DNA from: Gemmatimonadales bacterium
GTDB taxonomy: Bacteria; Gemmatimonadota; Gemmatimonadetes; Gemmatimonadales; GWC2-71-9
Assembly: GCA_965249575.1 (NCBI GenBank)
Contig: OZ252244.1
Location: 1,856,001-1,920,000 of the forward strand
Direction: 5' to 3'
Length of the DNA: 64,000 nucleotides
A program made the position numbers and the translations under genes. Under the pieces are notes generated by a model. The model searched no databases and was not told where the DNA came from. It was given only the letters and a program-made list of their open reading frames with translations. Below are positions 1-8,936 of the stretch, piece after piece. Numbering within the stretch: position 1 is the first letter of the stretch; the number at the start of each line of letters is the position of its first letter.

Positions 1-298
1 GGACCGAGGCACGATACACGCCGCTCAATAGGAGCTGGACGCCGCCGAGGCCACGTTGCAGCTGGCCGATTCGAGCGACCGTGCCCGTAGTGTTCAGGGT
101 CTCGGGCTTCACCAACTCGCTGGACTCACGCTGGGAGACCGCAAAGACCAGGTGGTCGTCTGCCTTGAGTGCCGCCTCGATCGCTCGCAAGGTCGGCGGT
201 CGCCCGGCAGCAATCGGTGCGGTCACCCCCGGAAAAAGTACGGTTTCCCTCAACGGGAGGACCGGAAGCCTGTGTCTTTGGCTCTTTTCCTCAGCCAT
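1..298 (-). CDS. lon: Lon protease, N-terminal part (runs off the window)
   Basis: Manual translation MAEEKSQRHRLPVLPLRETVLFPGVTAPIAAGRPPTLRAIEAAL... matches the Lon N-domain LPVLPLR..VxFPG start; GGTGGAG Shine-Dalgarno upstream. Not in the ORF track. Confidence 0.85.
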   Translation of the reverse strand, partial: MAEEKSQRHRLPVLPLRETVLFPGVTAPIAAGRPPTLRAIEAALKADDHLVFAVSQRESSELVKPETLNTTGTVARIGQLQRGLGGVQLLLSGVYRASV

Positions 299-360
299 AT
301 CTCCACCGCCTACTCAATCGGGTTTCGGAGCCGCTAGGAGACGGCCCCAGGCCCCAAGGG

Positions 361-375
361 GCAGCTATCATGCCA
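361..375 (-). promoter_or_regulatory. Candidate sigma-54 (-24/-12) promoter for lon
   Basis: Minus strand TGGCATGATAGCTGC has the GG-N10-GC spacing of TGGCAC-N5-TTGC, about 60 bp upstream of the lon start. Confidence 0.55.
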
Positions 376-445
376 TGATACGCGCCTAATTCTGGCAGGA
401 TCCCTTGTTCCACGCGGCATTGGTGCTAATACCGCAGGCGAAGCT

Positions 446-478
446 CAAGCGTATCGTGCCAAAACGGCACTACGCTTG
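446..478. promoter_or_regulatory. Inverted repeat (candidate activator site, or hairpin after the upstream gene)
   Basis: CAAGCGTA-tc-GTGCC-aaaac-GGCAC-TACGCTTG. Confidence 0.45.
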
Positions 479-493
479 GTGGGCGGGGGATCC

Positions 494-742
494 TTAGGAA
501 GCCGCGCGGGGGGCGATGCTCAGTAGCGACCTGAGTTCGGAGTCGGTCAGCTGCTCGAGTAGCCCAGCTCGCGCCGTGACCTCGCGGGCGGATTCGGTCT
601 TATCTGCTTCGCAGCTGAACCGAATGATATCGGCTGGTTCCGGAAATCCTTGGGAGCGCGGTTTAACGGGAACGATACCCGACGTGCGGCCGACCCGTTC
701 GGCCGACCACCGCCTCCCGGCGTCGTCGGTAACCCAACGCAT
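494..742 (-). CDS. Small hypothetical protein
   Basis: MRWVTDDAGRRWSAERVGR...; AGGAGG Shine-Dalgarno before the ATG at 742. Confidence 0.7.
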   Translation of the reverse strand: MRWVTDDAGRRWSAERVGRTSGIVPVKPRSQGFPEPADIIRFSCEADKTESAREVTARAGLLEQLTDSELRSLLSIAPRAAS

Positions 743-822
743 GCATCCTCCTGGTGCGGCGAGGTAGGTTGCCACGGGGGTACACGCCGACTAATCTACG
801 GCCTGTCGAGACCTAGTGGCAA

Positions 823-2685
823 ATGGATCAACCAGAAGAACGCTCGTTGGCCGATCGGCTCGCCGATGTGCTCGAGGAAACGTATACGATCGAGGGTGAG
901 ATCGGACGGGGCGGCATGGGAGTGGTTTACGTTGCCCAGGACATCGCGCTCAATCGCCGCGTCGCCATCAAATTACTCCCGCCCGAGCTAGCTTTCCGGC
1001 CCGAAATACGCACGCGCTTCATTCGCGAGGCCCAGACCGCGGCACGCCTCTCGCACCCGCACATCGTTCCCATCCATACGGTCGGTGACAGCGGCGGGTT
1101 GGTCTATTTCGTCATGGGCTTCGTGGACGGCGAGTCCCTGGGGGCGCGCTTGAAGCGTCGGGGCCGGCTGCCACCGGAAGAGGTCCGACGCATCATGAAG
1201 GAGACCGCCGATGCGCTCGGACGCGCCCACGCCCTCGGGATCATTCATCGCGACGTGAAGCCGGACAACATCCTGCTGGAGGGTACTCGCGGCCGGGTAA
1301 TGGTGACGGATTTCGGAATCGCGAAGGCGTTGTCGGAAGGTGGAGGGACCCTGACCGGGACCGGCGTCGTGATCGGGACACCTGCCTACATGAGCCCCGA
1401 ACAGGCGGCAGGTGAGGGTGAGATCGACATGCGAAGCGACCTCTACTCCCTGGGCGTCGTCGCCTACGAGATGTTGATTGGCGATCCACCGTTCAAGGCA
1501 CCGACTGTACCCGGAATCCTCTTGAAGCAAATCACCGAATCCGCTCCCGATATCGTAGGTGTCCGTCCCGAATGTCCTGAGGACTTGTCCACTTCCATCA
1601 TGCGGTGTCTCAAGAAGGAGCCGGAAGACAGGTGGCCCACGGCCGACCCCTTGCGTAGGGCGCTGGAGAGCAGAAAATCCGCTCCGTACCGCTCGGGAGC
1701 GGCGGCGCCGGCCCGGCACGGGTCTCGCCAAGCGGGCGAACGGAGTCAACGGAGCCGATCGCCCCGCCGGGACAGGGAGCGTGGCAACGCGCTCGCCGCA
1801 GACCGCCCCCGCGCGCGCGGCGTCGAACGAGCGAGCTCAAAGCCGGAGTCGCCCGAACCCGCCGGACCCTCCGAGCCCCAGATCGTAAAGAAGTTCCGCG
1901 CCCATTTCGCGTCGTATGTGTCCGTGAACGGTTGTCTCCTTCTCCTAAACGTCGCGACCGGGATCACGGAACCGTGGTTCTTGTTCCCGATGGTGGGTTG
2001 GGGATTCGGAATCGCAGGCCAATACTCGAAGCTGTGGCAGGCGGGGTACAGCTGGCGGGATGTCATCTATCGACCGCCGGCGAAGGACGCGATCGGGCCG
2101 CCCACGGCTGGTGGCGGCACCGCGGCGCTACCTCCAGTGGCCGTCGACGAGATCGGCAAGCTCGGGGGGCAGATCGCGCAGATGCAGGCCGATCGGGGCG
2201 CAATCGTACACATGGTAGAGCGCCTCCCGAAATCGGAACGCAACATGTTGCCGGAAGTGGTGCCAACCGTCGACGCCCTGTTCAACCGTGCCGTCGAGCT
2301 CGCCCGGACCCTCACACACTTCGAGTCGGACGTCGACGGGGACGCCGTGGGCCGGCTGGAAGAGCGGATCGCGGAGCTGGAGAAGGCTGGCGGCGATCCG
2401 GATCAGGATCGCCGGGTCGGTCTTCTCCGGCGTCAGCGGGAGGCGTTGGCGGAGCTGCTCGACCGTCGGTCGACGGTAGAAGCGCAGTTCGAGTCTTGTC
2501 TGCTCGCGGTGCAGAACGTGCGGTTCGACCTTCTGCGGCTTCGGTCGGCTGGAGTCGCCGCCGTGTTGGACGATCTCACGAGCGCGACCCAACAGGCACG
2601 AGCCCTTTCGTTCGATGTCGAGGCGGCAATCGGCGCAGCCGGAGAGATCAGGGCCGCCCTCGGCAAAGGACCCGTCGCGACCTGA
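823..2685 (+). CDS. Hanks-type Ser/Thr protein kinase with a 2TM hairpin and C-terminal helical domain
   Basis: GRGGMGVVY, VAIK, HRDVKPDN, DFG, GTPAYMSPE; HFASYVSVNGCLLLLN...WFLFPMVGWGFG is 2TM-like. Confidence 0.93.
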   Translation: MDQPEERSLADRLADVLEETYTIEGEIGRGGMGVVYVAQDIALNRRVAIKLLPPELAFRPEIRTRFIREAQTAARLSHPHIVPIHTVGDSGGLVYFVMGFVDGESLGARLKRRGRLPPEEVRRIMKETADALGRAHALGIIHRDVKPDNILLEGTRGRVMVTDFGIAKALSEGGGTLTGTGVVIGTPAYMSPEQAAGEGEIDMRSDLYSLGVVAYEMLIGDPPFKAPTVPGILLKQITESAPDIVGVRPECPEDLSTSIMRCLKKEPEDRWPTADPLRRALESRKSAPYRSGAAAPARHGSRQAGERSQRSRSPRRDRERGNALAADRPRARGVERASSKPESPEPAGPSEPQIVKKFRAHFASYVSVNGCLLLLNVATGITEPWFLFPMVGWGFGIAGQYSKLWQAGYSWRDVIYRPPAKDAIGPPTAGGGTAALPPVAVDEIGKLGGQIAQMQADRGAIVHMVERLPKSERNMLPEVVPTVDALFNRAVELARTLTHFESDVDGDAVGRLEERIAELEKAGGDPDQDRRVGLLRRQREALAELLDRRSTVEAQFESCLLAVQNVRFDLLRLRSAGVAAVLDDLTSATQQARALSFDVEAAIGAAGEIRAALGKGPVAT

Positions 2686-2705
2686 GACCGCCCCGATTCA
2701 ATCCT

Positions 2706-4835
2706 TCAAAAGCGAGCGATCTCCCGGAACGCCTCCGCGATTCCCGGAGCCTGTGGGAGGATCACCTCCTCAAGATCGGGCGAATACGCCACAAACGTGT
2801 CGGTCGCAGCAACCCTCCTCACCGGTGCATCAAGCCACGCAAACAGCTCGTCACTGATCCTAGCCGCGATCTCCGCGCCGTACCCCCACGAGAGCGTATC
2901 CTCGTAGGCAACGATCACTTTGTTCGTCTTCTTCACTGACTCGCTGATGGCAGGCCAGTCGACTGGGTTGAGGGACCTCAGGTCGATGATCTCAACGCCA
3001 ATGCCATCCGTTTCCTGGACCGCCTTCGCCGCCTGTATCGCCCGCTGTACCACCGCACCGTAGGTCACGACGGTGATATCCGACCCCTCTCGCACGACTT
3101 TCGCCTTCCCGAGCGGGATCATGAAGTTCGGCCCCGGATAAACGCCTTTGTTGTACGTCTGGCGGTAGAGATGCTTGTGCTCGAGGAACAGCACGGGATC
3201 GTCGCACCTGATCGCGGTTCGCAAGAGGCCATTGGCGTCAAGGGCGGTCGCGGGACACACCACCCTGAGCCCCGGGATGCTGGTGTAGATGGCGGCCCCA
3301 GTCTGCGAATGATACATGGCGCCACCCTTGAGGTATCCACCGTAGGTCACGCGAACGACCGCTGCGGAGGTGAACGCATTGTTGCTGCGCCACCGCATGG
3401 TGGCCAGCTCGTTCCGGATCTGCATGTAGGCCGGCCAGGTGTAGTCGAAGAATTGAATCTCCACGACCGGCTTGATGCCCCGGGTGGCGAGACCGACTGC
3501 TCGACCGACGATGTTCGCTTCGGCGAGTGGTGAATTGTAGACCCGGTCGCCGCCGAACTCCTTTTGGATGCCCCACGTCACCTTGAAAACGCCACCCTTC
3601 CCCTTGACCGTTTCCAGGTACTGCTCGCGGGAAACGTCGGCGACATCCTCTCCGAACATGATGATCCGGGGATCCCGGGCCATTTCGTCTTTCAAACAGC
3701 GGTTCAGTAGGTCCACCATCGTGGTCGGGTCCCCGCTGAACTGCGGGTCGTCCTCAGTATCGAATTGCTCGCTCGTCGGGTCGACGTCTGGCGAGTACAC
3801 ATACGCATAGATCGTATCGACTGCCGGTTGCGCGGCAGCCAATGCGATCCCGGTGGCCAGCTCGAGGTCATCTTCTACCTGGGCTTTTATGGCCTCGATC
3901 TCTGCATCGGTGGCCAAGCCGTCCGCGACCAGCCGGGCGGGGAACGCGGTAACCGGGTCGCGCTTAGCGTCCTCCTCCCGCTCATCCGGTGGGCGGTACA
4001 TGACCTCGTCATCCGATAGTGAATGCGAATAGGGGCGAATCACCGAGGCATGGACTAACGCCGGCCCCTTCCGCGAGCGGCAGTGCGCCGCGGCTCGCGA
4101 GACCGCATCGTAGGAAGCCACGGGGTCGCAGCCGTCGACGCGCTCGATGTATAGGTTCGGGAAGTCCTTCACGAGCTCGGAGACGGATCCTCCGGCGGTC
4201 TGCACCTCGACCGGCACGGAGATCGCATAGCCATTGTCCTCGATCATGAAGAGGACCGGGAGCTTGAGATTCGAGGCGGTGTTCATCGCCTCCCAGAACT
4301 CCCCTTCACTCGTGGTACCATCGCCCGCCGAGCAGTAGGTCACCTCGTCTTCAGACGGCCGCTCGTCGGCGGGGATGTCCTCGATCTGATGGTATTTGAG
4401 CCACGCCTCGGCACAGCCGACCGCCTGGAGGAACTGCGTCCCGGTGGGACTCGACTGCGACACGATGTTGAGCGCCTTGTGACCCCAATGTGACGGCATT
4501 TGCCGCCCGCCAGAATTGGGGTCGTCGGCTGCGGCGACCGCCGACAGCAGCATCTCCGTGGGCGTCATGCCGAGGGTGAGGCACAGTGCTCGGTCCCGGT
4601 AATAGGGGTAGAACCAATCATGTGCCGGCCTCAGCACCTTCCCGGCCGCGACGAGCACGGCTTCATGGCCAGCCCCCGAGATTTGAAAGAAGATCTTGTT
4701 CTGCCGCTTGAGCTGAATCTCCTTGTCGTCGAGACGTCGAGACAGGAGAATGAGCCGGTACATGTCCAGCAACTCGGCTTTTTCGAGCCGTGCAGCCGTC
4801 GGGCGTCGCGCGCGGGATTTGGTCTCTGTAGCCAT
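2706..4835 (-). CDS. 2-oxoacid dehydrogenase E1, fused alpha/beta subunits (branched-chain type)
   Basis: TPP-binding GDGTTSEG...DN motif, HSLSDD, then transketolase pyrimidine-binding and C-terminal domains ([15 protein letters not shown]). Confidence 0.92.
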   Translation of the reverse strand: MATETKSRARRPTAARLEKAELLDMYRLILLSRRLDDKEIQLKRQNKIFFQISGAGHEAVLVAAGKVLRPAHDWFYPYYRDRALCLTLGMTPTEMLLSAVAAADDPNSGGRQMPSHWGHKALNIVSQSSPTGTQFLQAVGCAEAWLKYHQIEDIPADERPSEDEVTYCSAGDGTTSEGEFWEAMNTASNLKLPVLFMIEDNGYAISVPVEVQTAGGSVSELVKDFPNLYIERVDGCDPVASYDAVSRAAAHCRSRKGPALVHASVIRPYSHSLSDDEVMYRPPDEREEDAKRDPVTAFPARLVADGLATDAEIEAIKAQVEDDLELATGIALAAAQPAVDTIYAYVYSPDVDPTSEQFDTEDDPQFSGDPTTMVDLLNRCLKDEMARDPRIIMFGEDVADVSREQYLETVKGKGGVFKVTWGIQKEFGGDRVYNSPLAEANIVGRAVGLATRGIKPVVEIQFFDYTWPAYMQIRNELATMRWRSNNAFTSAAVVRVTYGGYLKGGAMYHSQTGAAIYTSIPGLRVVCPATALDANGLLRTAIRCDDPVLFLEHKHLYRQTYNKGVYPGPNFMIPLGKAKVVREGSDITVVTYGAVVQRAIQAAKAVQETDGIGVEIIDLRSLNPVDWPAISESVKKTNKVIVAYEDTLSWGYGAEIAARISDELFAWLDAPVRRVAATDTFVAYSPDLEEVILPQAPGIAEAFREIARF

Positions 4836-4937
4836 GGTCAGAAAATAGCCCCCTGTGGCCGTGTGACGGCAAGCCCCGTACGTTCGGATGGTGCGGCGGC
4901 GCCCGGGGAACGGCCTACATTGGCCGGTGAAGCCGTA

Positions 4938-5189
4938 TTAGCGGAGCTTCGTAAGGCGCCGGAGTACTTCGAGTTTGTCGAGAGCCGACTTCGAGGACGG
5001 CGCGTCGGCAATCGTGTAGAGCGCGTCCCGTATGTCCATCAGGATCTCGAGCAAGAGCTGTTCCCTCTGAAACGCCGCGTCAAGATCGGCCATCCGAGTC
5101 TTATCGCCCGTCTCACTACACCGGTCGTACGCCTCCCGGTAGATGGCTTCGAGATTCTCGACGATGCGGTCCCGGGGGCGCGGGCTCAT
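4938..5189 (-). CDS. Small helical hypothetical protein
   Basis: MSPRPRDRIVENLEAIYREAY...; protein-like composition and fills the gap between genes. Confidence 0.7.
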   Translation of the reverse strand: MSPRPRDRIVENLEAIYREAYDRCSETGDKTRMADLDAAFQREQLLLEILMDIRDALYTIADAPSSKSALDKLEVLRRLTKLR

Positions 5190-5224
5190 TCGAGACCTCA
5201 GGGTGACGGGAAGGGGCGATGGTA

Positions 5225-5551
5225 ATGGCGAACCCAAGCCGCAACCGCCGGTCGGCGATCTTCCAGCGCGACGGGAATCGCTGCGTGTACTGCGGCCGCG
5301 TCTTGGAGGAGCGGTTCCTCACCGTCGACCACGTGCAGCCACGCATGAAGCGCGGAGATCATTCGCCCGGTAATCTCGTGACCGCGTGCAACACATGCAA
5401 CACTCTCAAAGGCGGTCGGCCGGCCTGGGTCTTTCTCCGGGACCGGCCCGTCGAGCGAGCCAACTTTTTGCAGTACGGTACGCACGTATGGGCGCGTTTG
5501 AGGCGCGCGGTCGAGGCGGCGGCGGGGCGGACGTCCCAACCGCCCGGCTAG
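5225..5551 (+). CDS. Stand-alone HNH endonuclease
   Basis: RDGNRCVYCG, TVDHVQP, NLVTACNTCNTLKG. Confidence 0.9.
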   Translation: MANPSRNRRSAIFQRDGNRCVYCGRVLEERFLTVDHVQPRMKRGDHSPGNLVTACNTCNTLKGGRPAWVFLRDRPVERANFLQYGTHVWARLRRAVEAAAGRTSQPPG

Positions 5552-6804
5552 TCGCTTGCCCGGCTGGCATATGGTAGCATGACCAGCCCGCTCGGGACTT
5601 TCGGCGCGAAATACGTTGATTTCGGGGGCATGACGGCGCCGGCGTCGGCCACGGCGAGCACCTGCTCGACCTTGGTCGGGTTGAGGGCAACACCTGCGAC
5701 AGCCTGCCCGGCGATCAGAAGCTCCAGCACCTGACCGAAGTCGGCGGAATAGGTCACCTTCGACTCCGGGCCTGCCCGCTCCGCCAGAGGCCGGACCACC
5801 AGAGAGTCGATGCGCGCGACGTCGAGCGCCCACACGACCGGGTCAACGTTACCCCGCGCCGCCTCGGCCCCCGGCTGCATGGCCAGCCGGAACAGGAGCC
5901 CCCCTGGTAACGTCACCAGCGCACCAGAGCCACCACGCGCCAATCCCGCAAGCTCGCCCTCGGGACTAAGCTCCGGTTCGACGCGCTCAATGTCAAAGCG
6001 GCCTCCGCAGACCTCGCGAAGATCTCCCTCGGTCAGGGCCGCCCCGTGCAACAGGCGATGCGTGGCGAGCAGCACCAGTCCAGGATCTCCCAACGGCACG
6101 ATCAGCCCGAGCGTCCGGCCCGCCGCCGGATTCTGTTCCCGGTATGCCCACGCCGTTTCGAATCTGTGGTGTCCGTCGGCAATGTAGAGGGACTCGGCGC
6201 CGGCAGCCTCCGCCATTTCGCGGGCCGCGGATCCTCCGACCCGCCACAACGCGAGCCGGTCGCCGTTCAGCTCGCCCTGGGCAAGCGGACGCTCGCCCAT
6301 CACCGGCCCGATGCGACCAACGAGCTCTCCGGCCGAGTCACGAGCCAGGACCAACAGCGACTCGAACATGGTTTGTGTTGTCCCAAGCAGGGCGAGCCGG
6401 TCTTTCTTCGGCCCAGCATGCGTGCGCTCGTGGGGCTTGACTCGACCCGTCTGGTACGGCTCTGCCGCAATCGCGCCGATGACACCGCTCCGAACGTGAC
6501 TCCTCCCGTCGCCCGTGCGGAACTCCTGGCGCAGCACGTAGACCCCGGGATCCCGATCCCGCACGAGGACGCCTTCCTGGCGCCACCGATGAAGCAGCCG
6601 GGCCGCGTCATCGTACCGCCGCTCGCCCCCTTCGGGGAGCAGCACGTGCACGATGTTGTGGAGGTCTTGCCCCGCCAGCGTGGCGCGTGACGAGCCATCA
6701 ATGACATCGTAGGGAGGGGAAATCAGCTTGCTGAGCCGCTCTGCCTCGGCGAAATGCTCTCCGACGAACGGCGTAACGAGCGGCTCGGGGGAAGTCTCCG
6801 ACAT
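5548..6804 (-). CDS. DUF1015 family protein
   Basis: PPYDVI, PHERT, YIADGHHRFETA, MPPKSTYFAPK motifs. Confidence 0.9.
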   Translation of the reverse strand: MSETSPEPLVTPFVGEHFAEAERLSKLISPPYDVIDGSSRATLAGQDLHNIVHVLLPEGGERRYDDAARLLHRWRQEGVLVRDRDPGVYVLRQEFRTGDGRSHVRSGVIGAIAAEPYQTGRVKPHERTHAGPKKDRLALLGTTQTMFESLLVLARDSAGELVGRIGPVMGERPLAQGELNGDRLALWRVGGSAAREMAEAAGAESLYIADGHHRFETAWAYREQNPAAGRTLGLIVPLGDPGLVLLATHRLLHGAALTEGDLREVCGGRFDIERVEPELSPEGELAGLARGGSGALVTLPGGLLFRLAMQPGAEAARGNVDPVVWALDVARIDSLVVRPLAERAGPESKVTYSADFGQVLELLIAGQAVAGVALNPTKVEQVLAVADAGAVMPPKSTYFAPKVPSGLVMLPYASRASD

Positions 6805-6941
6805 ACAGACCCTTTCAGGAGTTCGAAAATCCGCGCGCGACAGGCCGGGCACCACCTGGCAACACGCACCTTCGCGACGAGCCCCCTTTCACGGTGGCGG
6901 GCTTTTATACCAAAGATTGAGTGCCAGGCGTTGGGTGGCCC

Positions 6942-6980
6942 TAAAACTACATCCGCCTCCCGATACCGGGAGGCGGATGC
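6942..6980 (-). terminator. Intrinsic terminator of the serine hydrolase gene
   Basis: Perfect 13-bp stem CATCCGCCTCCCG-ATAC-CGGGAGGCGGATG followed by TAGTTTT on the minus strand. Confidence 0.75.
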
Positions 6981-7021
6981 CGAACGGAGGGTCCTACTGC
7001 ACCAGAGGGGACCGCTGGCGC

Positions 7022-8545
7022 CTACTGACGCTTTACCGCGTGGGTCTCTGCCCCCCCCTCGCGCAGGATCAGCCCGGTCACCGACCCCCGACCGTCCATG
7101 ACAAAACCTATCCGCTGCTCCGCCATGGTCAGGAAGAAGTCCGTTTCCGACTCAAGGAACAACGGCGCCTTGTCGAAATCGGGGCTGTTGATGAACAGCC
7201 GGTCTCCCTCGCGATAAACCGAGAACACGACTTCTGAGCCCACCTCGTAATCGCCGACGTACCTATCATAGATCTTGGGATCGACGGCCATGGGCTGGGG
7301 CTTCTCGGAGTAATCCGGCCAATTGTACTCGGCGGCAATGGCGTTGACGATCTCACTCAAGAGACCGCCGCCAGTATCCGAATTGGTCATGACGACCGCG
7401 CCCTGGCCCCGATGCACAAACGCGAGAAACTCGCAACGGAACCCCTCGTTGGCTCCCGAGTGACCAAACCGGATCGCACCGCCGCTGCCGCGCAGGAACA
7501 ATCCGAGCCCCACCGGGCCCCCACGCTGGGGTGTCAACATTTCGATCGTCGTCTTCTGATCGAGAATGGAGTTGGCTCGTCCCGCCGACGCCTTTTGTAA
7601 CTCGATCGCGAAGCGACCGAGATCCGAGGGCGTAGTCCACAAGCCGGCGGCCGCCAGTTCGGGATAGGTGTGGTACCTGCCGTTCAGAGGACGGCCACTG
7701 CTGCGGTGACCGCTAGCGGCGTTCCTGCTCCACCGCTTGGGCAGCGGCTGCTCGTACGTGCTCCGCGACATGTTGAGTGGCTGAAGGACGACGTCGGACA
7801 TCCACCCGGCGAAATCCTGGGTCGTCTTGTCGATGATGAGCTGCTGTAGGATCGTGTAGCCCCCACCGGAGTAGTGGAAGCCCTGACCGTTCAGCGCATC
7901 GACCAGGATCGGCCCGGTATTGGCCGGCTCCGCCCCATCGAGCACCTGAATCAGGTTCGGAATTTTCGATCCTTTCGCATACCCGCTGTAACCCGTTGGG
8001 ATCAGACCGGATGTGTGGCTTAGCATCCCCCTGATGGTAACCTTGTGGTCTGGTATCGATTTGCTCTCGGGCACCTTCCAGGACGTGAGCCAGGAGTTCA
8101 CGTCGGTGTCGAGGTCCAATTCACCGGTCTGTACCGCTGTGAGCGCGGCCGCCGCCGTGACCGGCTTGCTGGCCGAGGCCGCCTGGAACACGGTGTTCAC
8201 GTCAACCGAGTCATTCTTCTCCGCGTCGCGGATTCCGTAGCCCTTGGCCCATTCGATCGTGTTATCGTTGATAACGGCGACGCTGATTCCCGGGACGCCG
8301 TAGTAGGCCATTCGCTCGGCGATGCTGAACGGCCCCATCTCGTTTCCAATCAGGATGATCGGGACGAGGGAGTTCTCGACCTGCCGAATGTGCTCCAGAA
8401 CCTCCGGTGACGGGTCGAACGCAGGGATCAGAGGCTCCGGCTCACCCCTACATGCGACAGCCAAAGCCGTCGTTGCAGCGACCCAAGCAAGAGAAGTTCT
8501 ACGATGACCAACCGAAAAGTGCATGTACCCCCCTCTAGGCGTCAT
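7022..8545 (-). CDS. Serine hydrolase (class C beta-lactamase-like) lipoprotein with C-terminal DUF3471-like domain
   Basis: FQAASASK (SxxK), HTSG, YSGGGY, GHSGANEG; lipobox-like AVAC; YVGDYE in the C-terminal domain. Confidence 0.88.
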   Translation of the reverse strand: MTPRGGYMHFSVGHRRTSLAWVAATTALAVACRGEPEPLIPAFDPSPEVLEHIRQVENSLVPIILIGNEMGPFSIAERMAYYGVPGISVAVINDNTIEWAKGYGIRDAEKNDSVDVNTVFQAASASKPVTAAAALTAVQTGELDLDTDVNSWLTSWKVPESKSIPDHKVTIRGMLSHTSGLIPTGYSGYAKGSKIPNLIQVLDGAEPANTGPILVDALNGQGFHYSGGGYTILQQLIIDKTTQDFAGWMSDVVLQPLNMSRSTYEQPLPKRWSRNAASGHRSSGRPLNGRYHTYPELAAAGLWTTPSDLGRFAIELQKASAGRANSILDQKTTIEMLTPQRGGPVGLGLFLRGSGGAIRFGHSGANEGFRCEFLAFVHRGQGAVVMTNSDTGGGLLSEIVNAIAAEYNWPDYSEKPQPMAVDPKIYDRYVGDYEVGSEVVFSVYREGDRLFINSPDFDKAPLFLESETDFFLTMAEQRIGFVMDGRGSVTGLILREGGAETHAVKRQ

Positions 8546-8608
8546 CGTACGAAATTGCCCTGACGCCCCACCCGACGCAAGCCGCGTACCACTGGCCCCG
8601 TTTGGAGG

Positions 8609-8935
8609 TCAATCCGACTGTTCGGGCGGCCCCTGGCCGCGCTCGATCAGACGCTCCAGATGCTCCTTTACGTCCTGCAGCGTGAGGCTCCGGAGCATGG
8701 CCTCGGCGGCGCCCGGCGTGCTCCCAAACCTCAGAAAGTCGGTTTCCAAGTGGCCCTCGGGTCGGTCACCCTCGACCGACCACCTCACGTACAGCAGCGC
8801 CCCGCCGTAGTCGCCGCTGACCTCCGGAACGTCCTCAACGTAGATCGCAACGGAGTATGACCGGCCATCGGAACCCGAGAAGGCTGGGGGCCGTGCATGT
8901 GCTTCGAGGTATCCGCCGAGCGTGTCGTCCTTCAA
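8609..8935 (-). CDS. Hypothetical protein downstream of fadJ
   Basis: TLGGYLEAHARPPAFSGSDG...GHLETDFL; probable TTG start just after the fadJ stop. Confidence 0.7.
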   Translation of the reverse strand: MKDDTLGGYLEAHARPPAFSGSDGRSYSVAIYVEDVPEVSGDYGGALLYVRWSVEGDRPEGHLETDFLRFGSTPGAAEAMLRSLTLQDVKEHLERLIERGQGPPEQSD

Positions 8936-8936
8936 A

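Noticed and set aside
403..429. CIRCE element upstream of lon
   Set aside because: Only one imperfect half-site (TGGTGCTAA), with no partner at N9.
6901..6927. CIRCE element upstream of the DUF1015 gene
   Set aside because: Only the GAGTGCCAG half is present.
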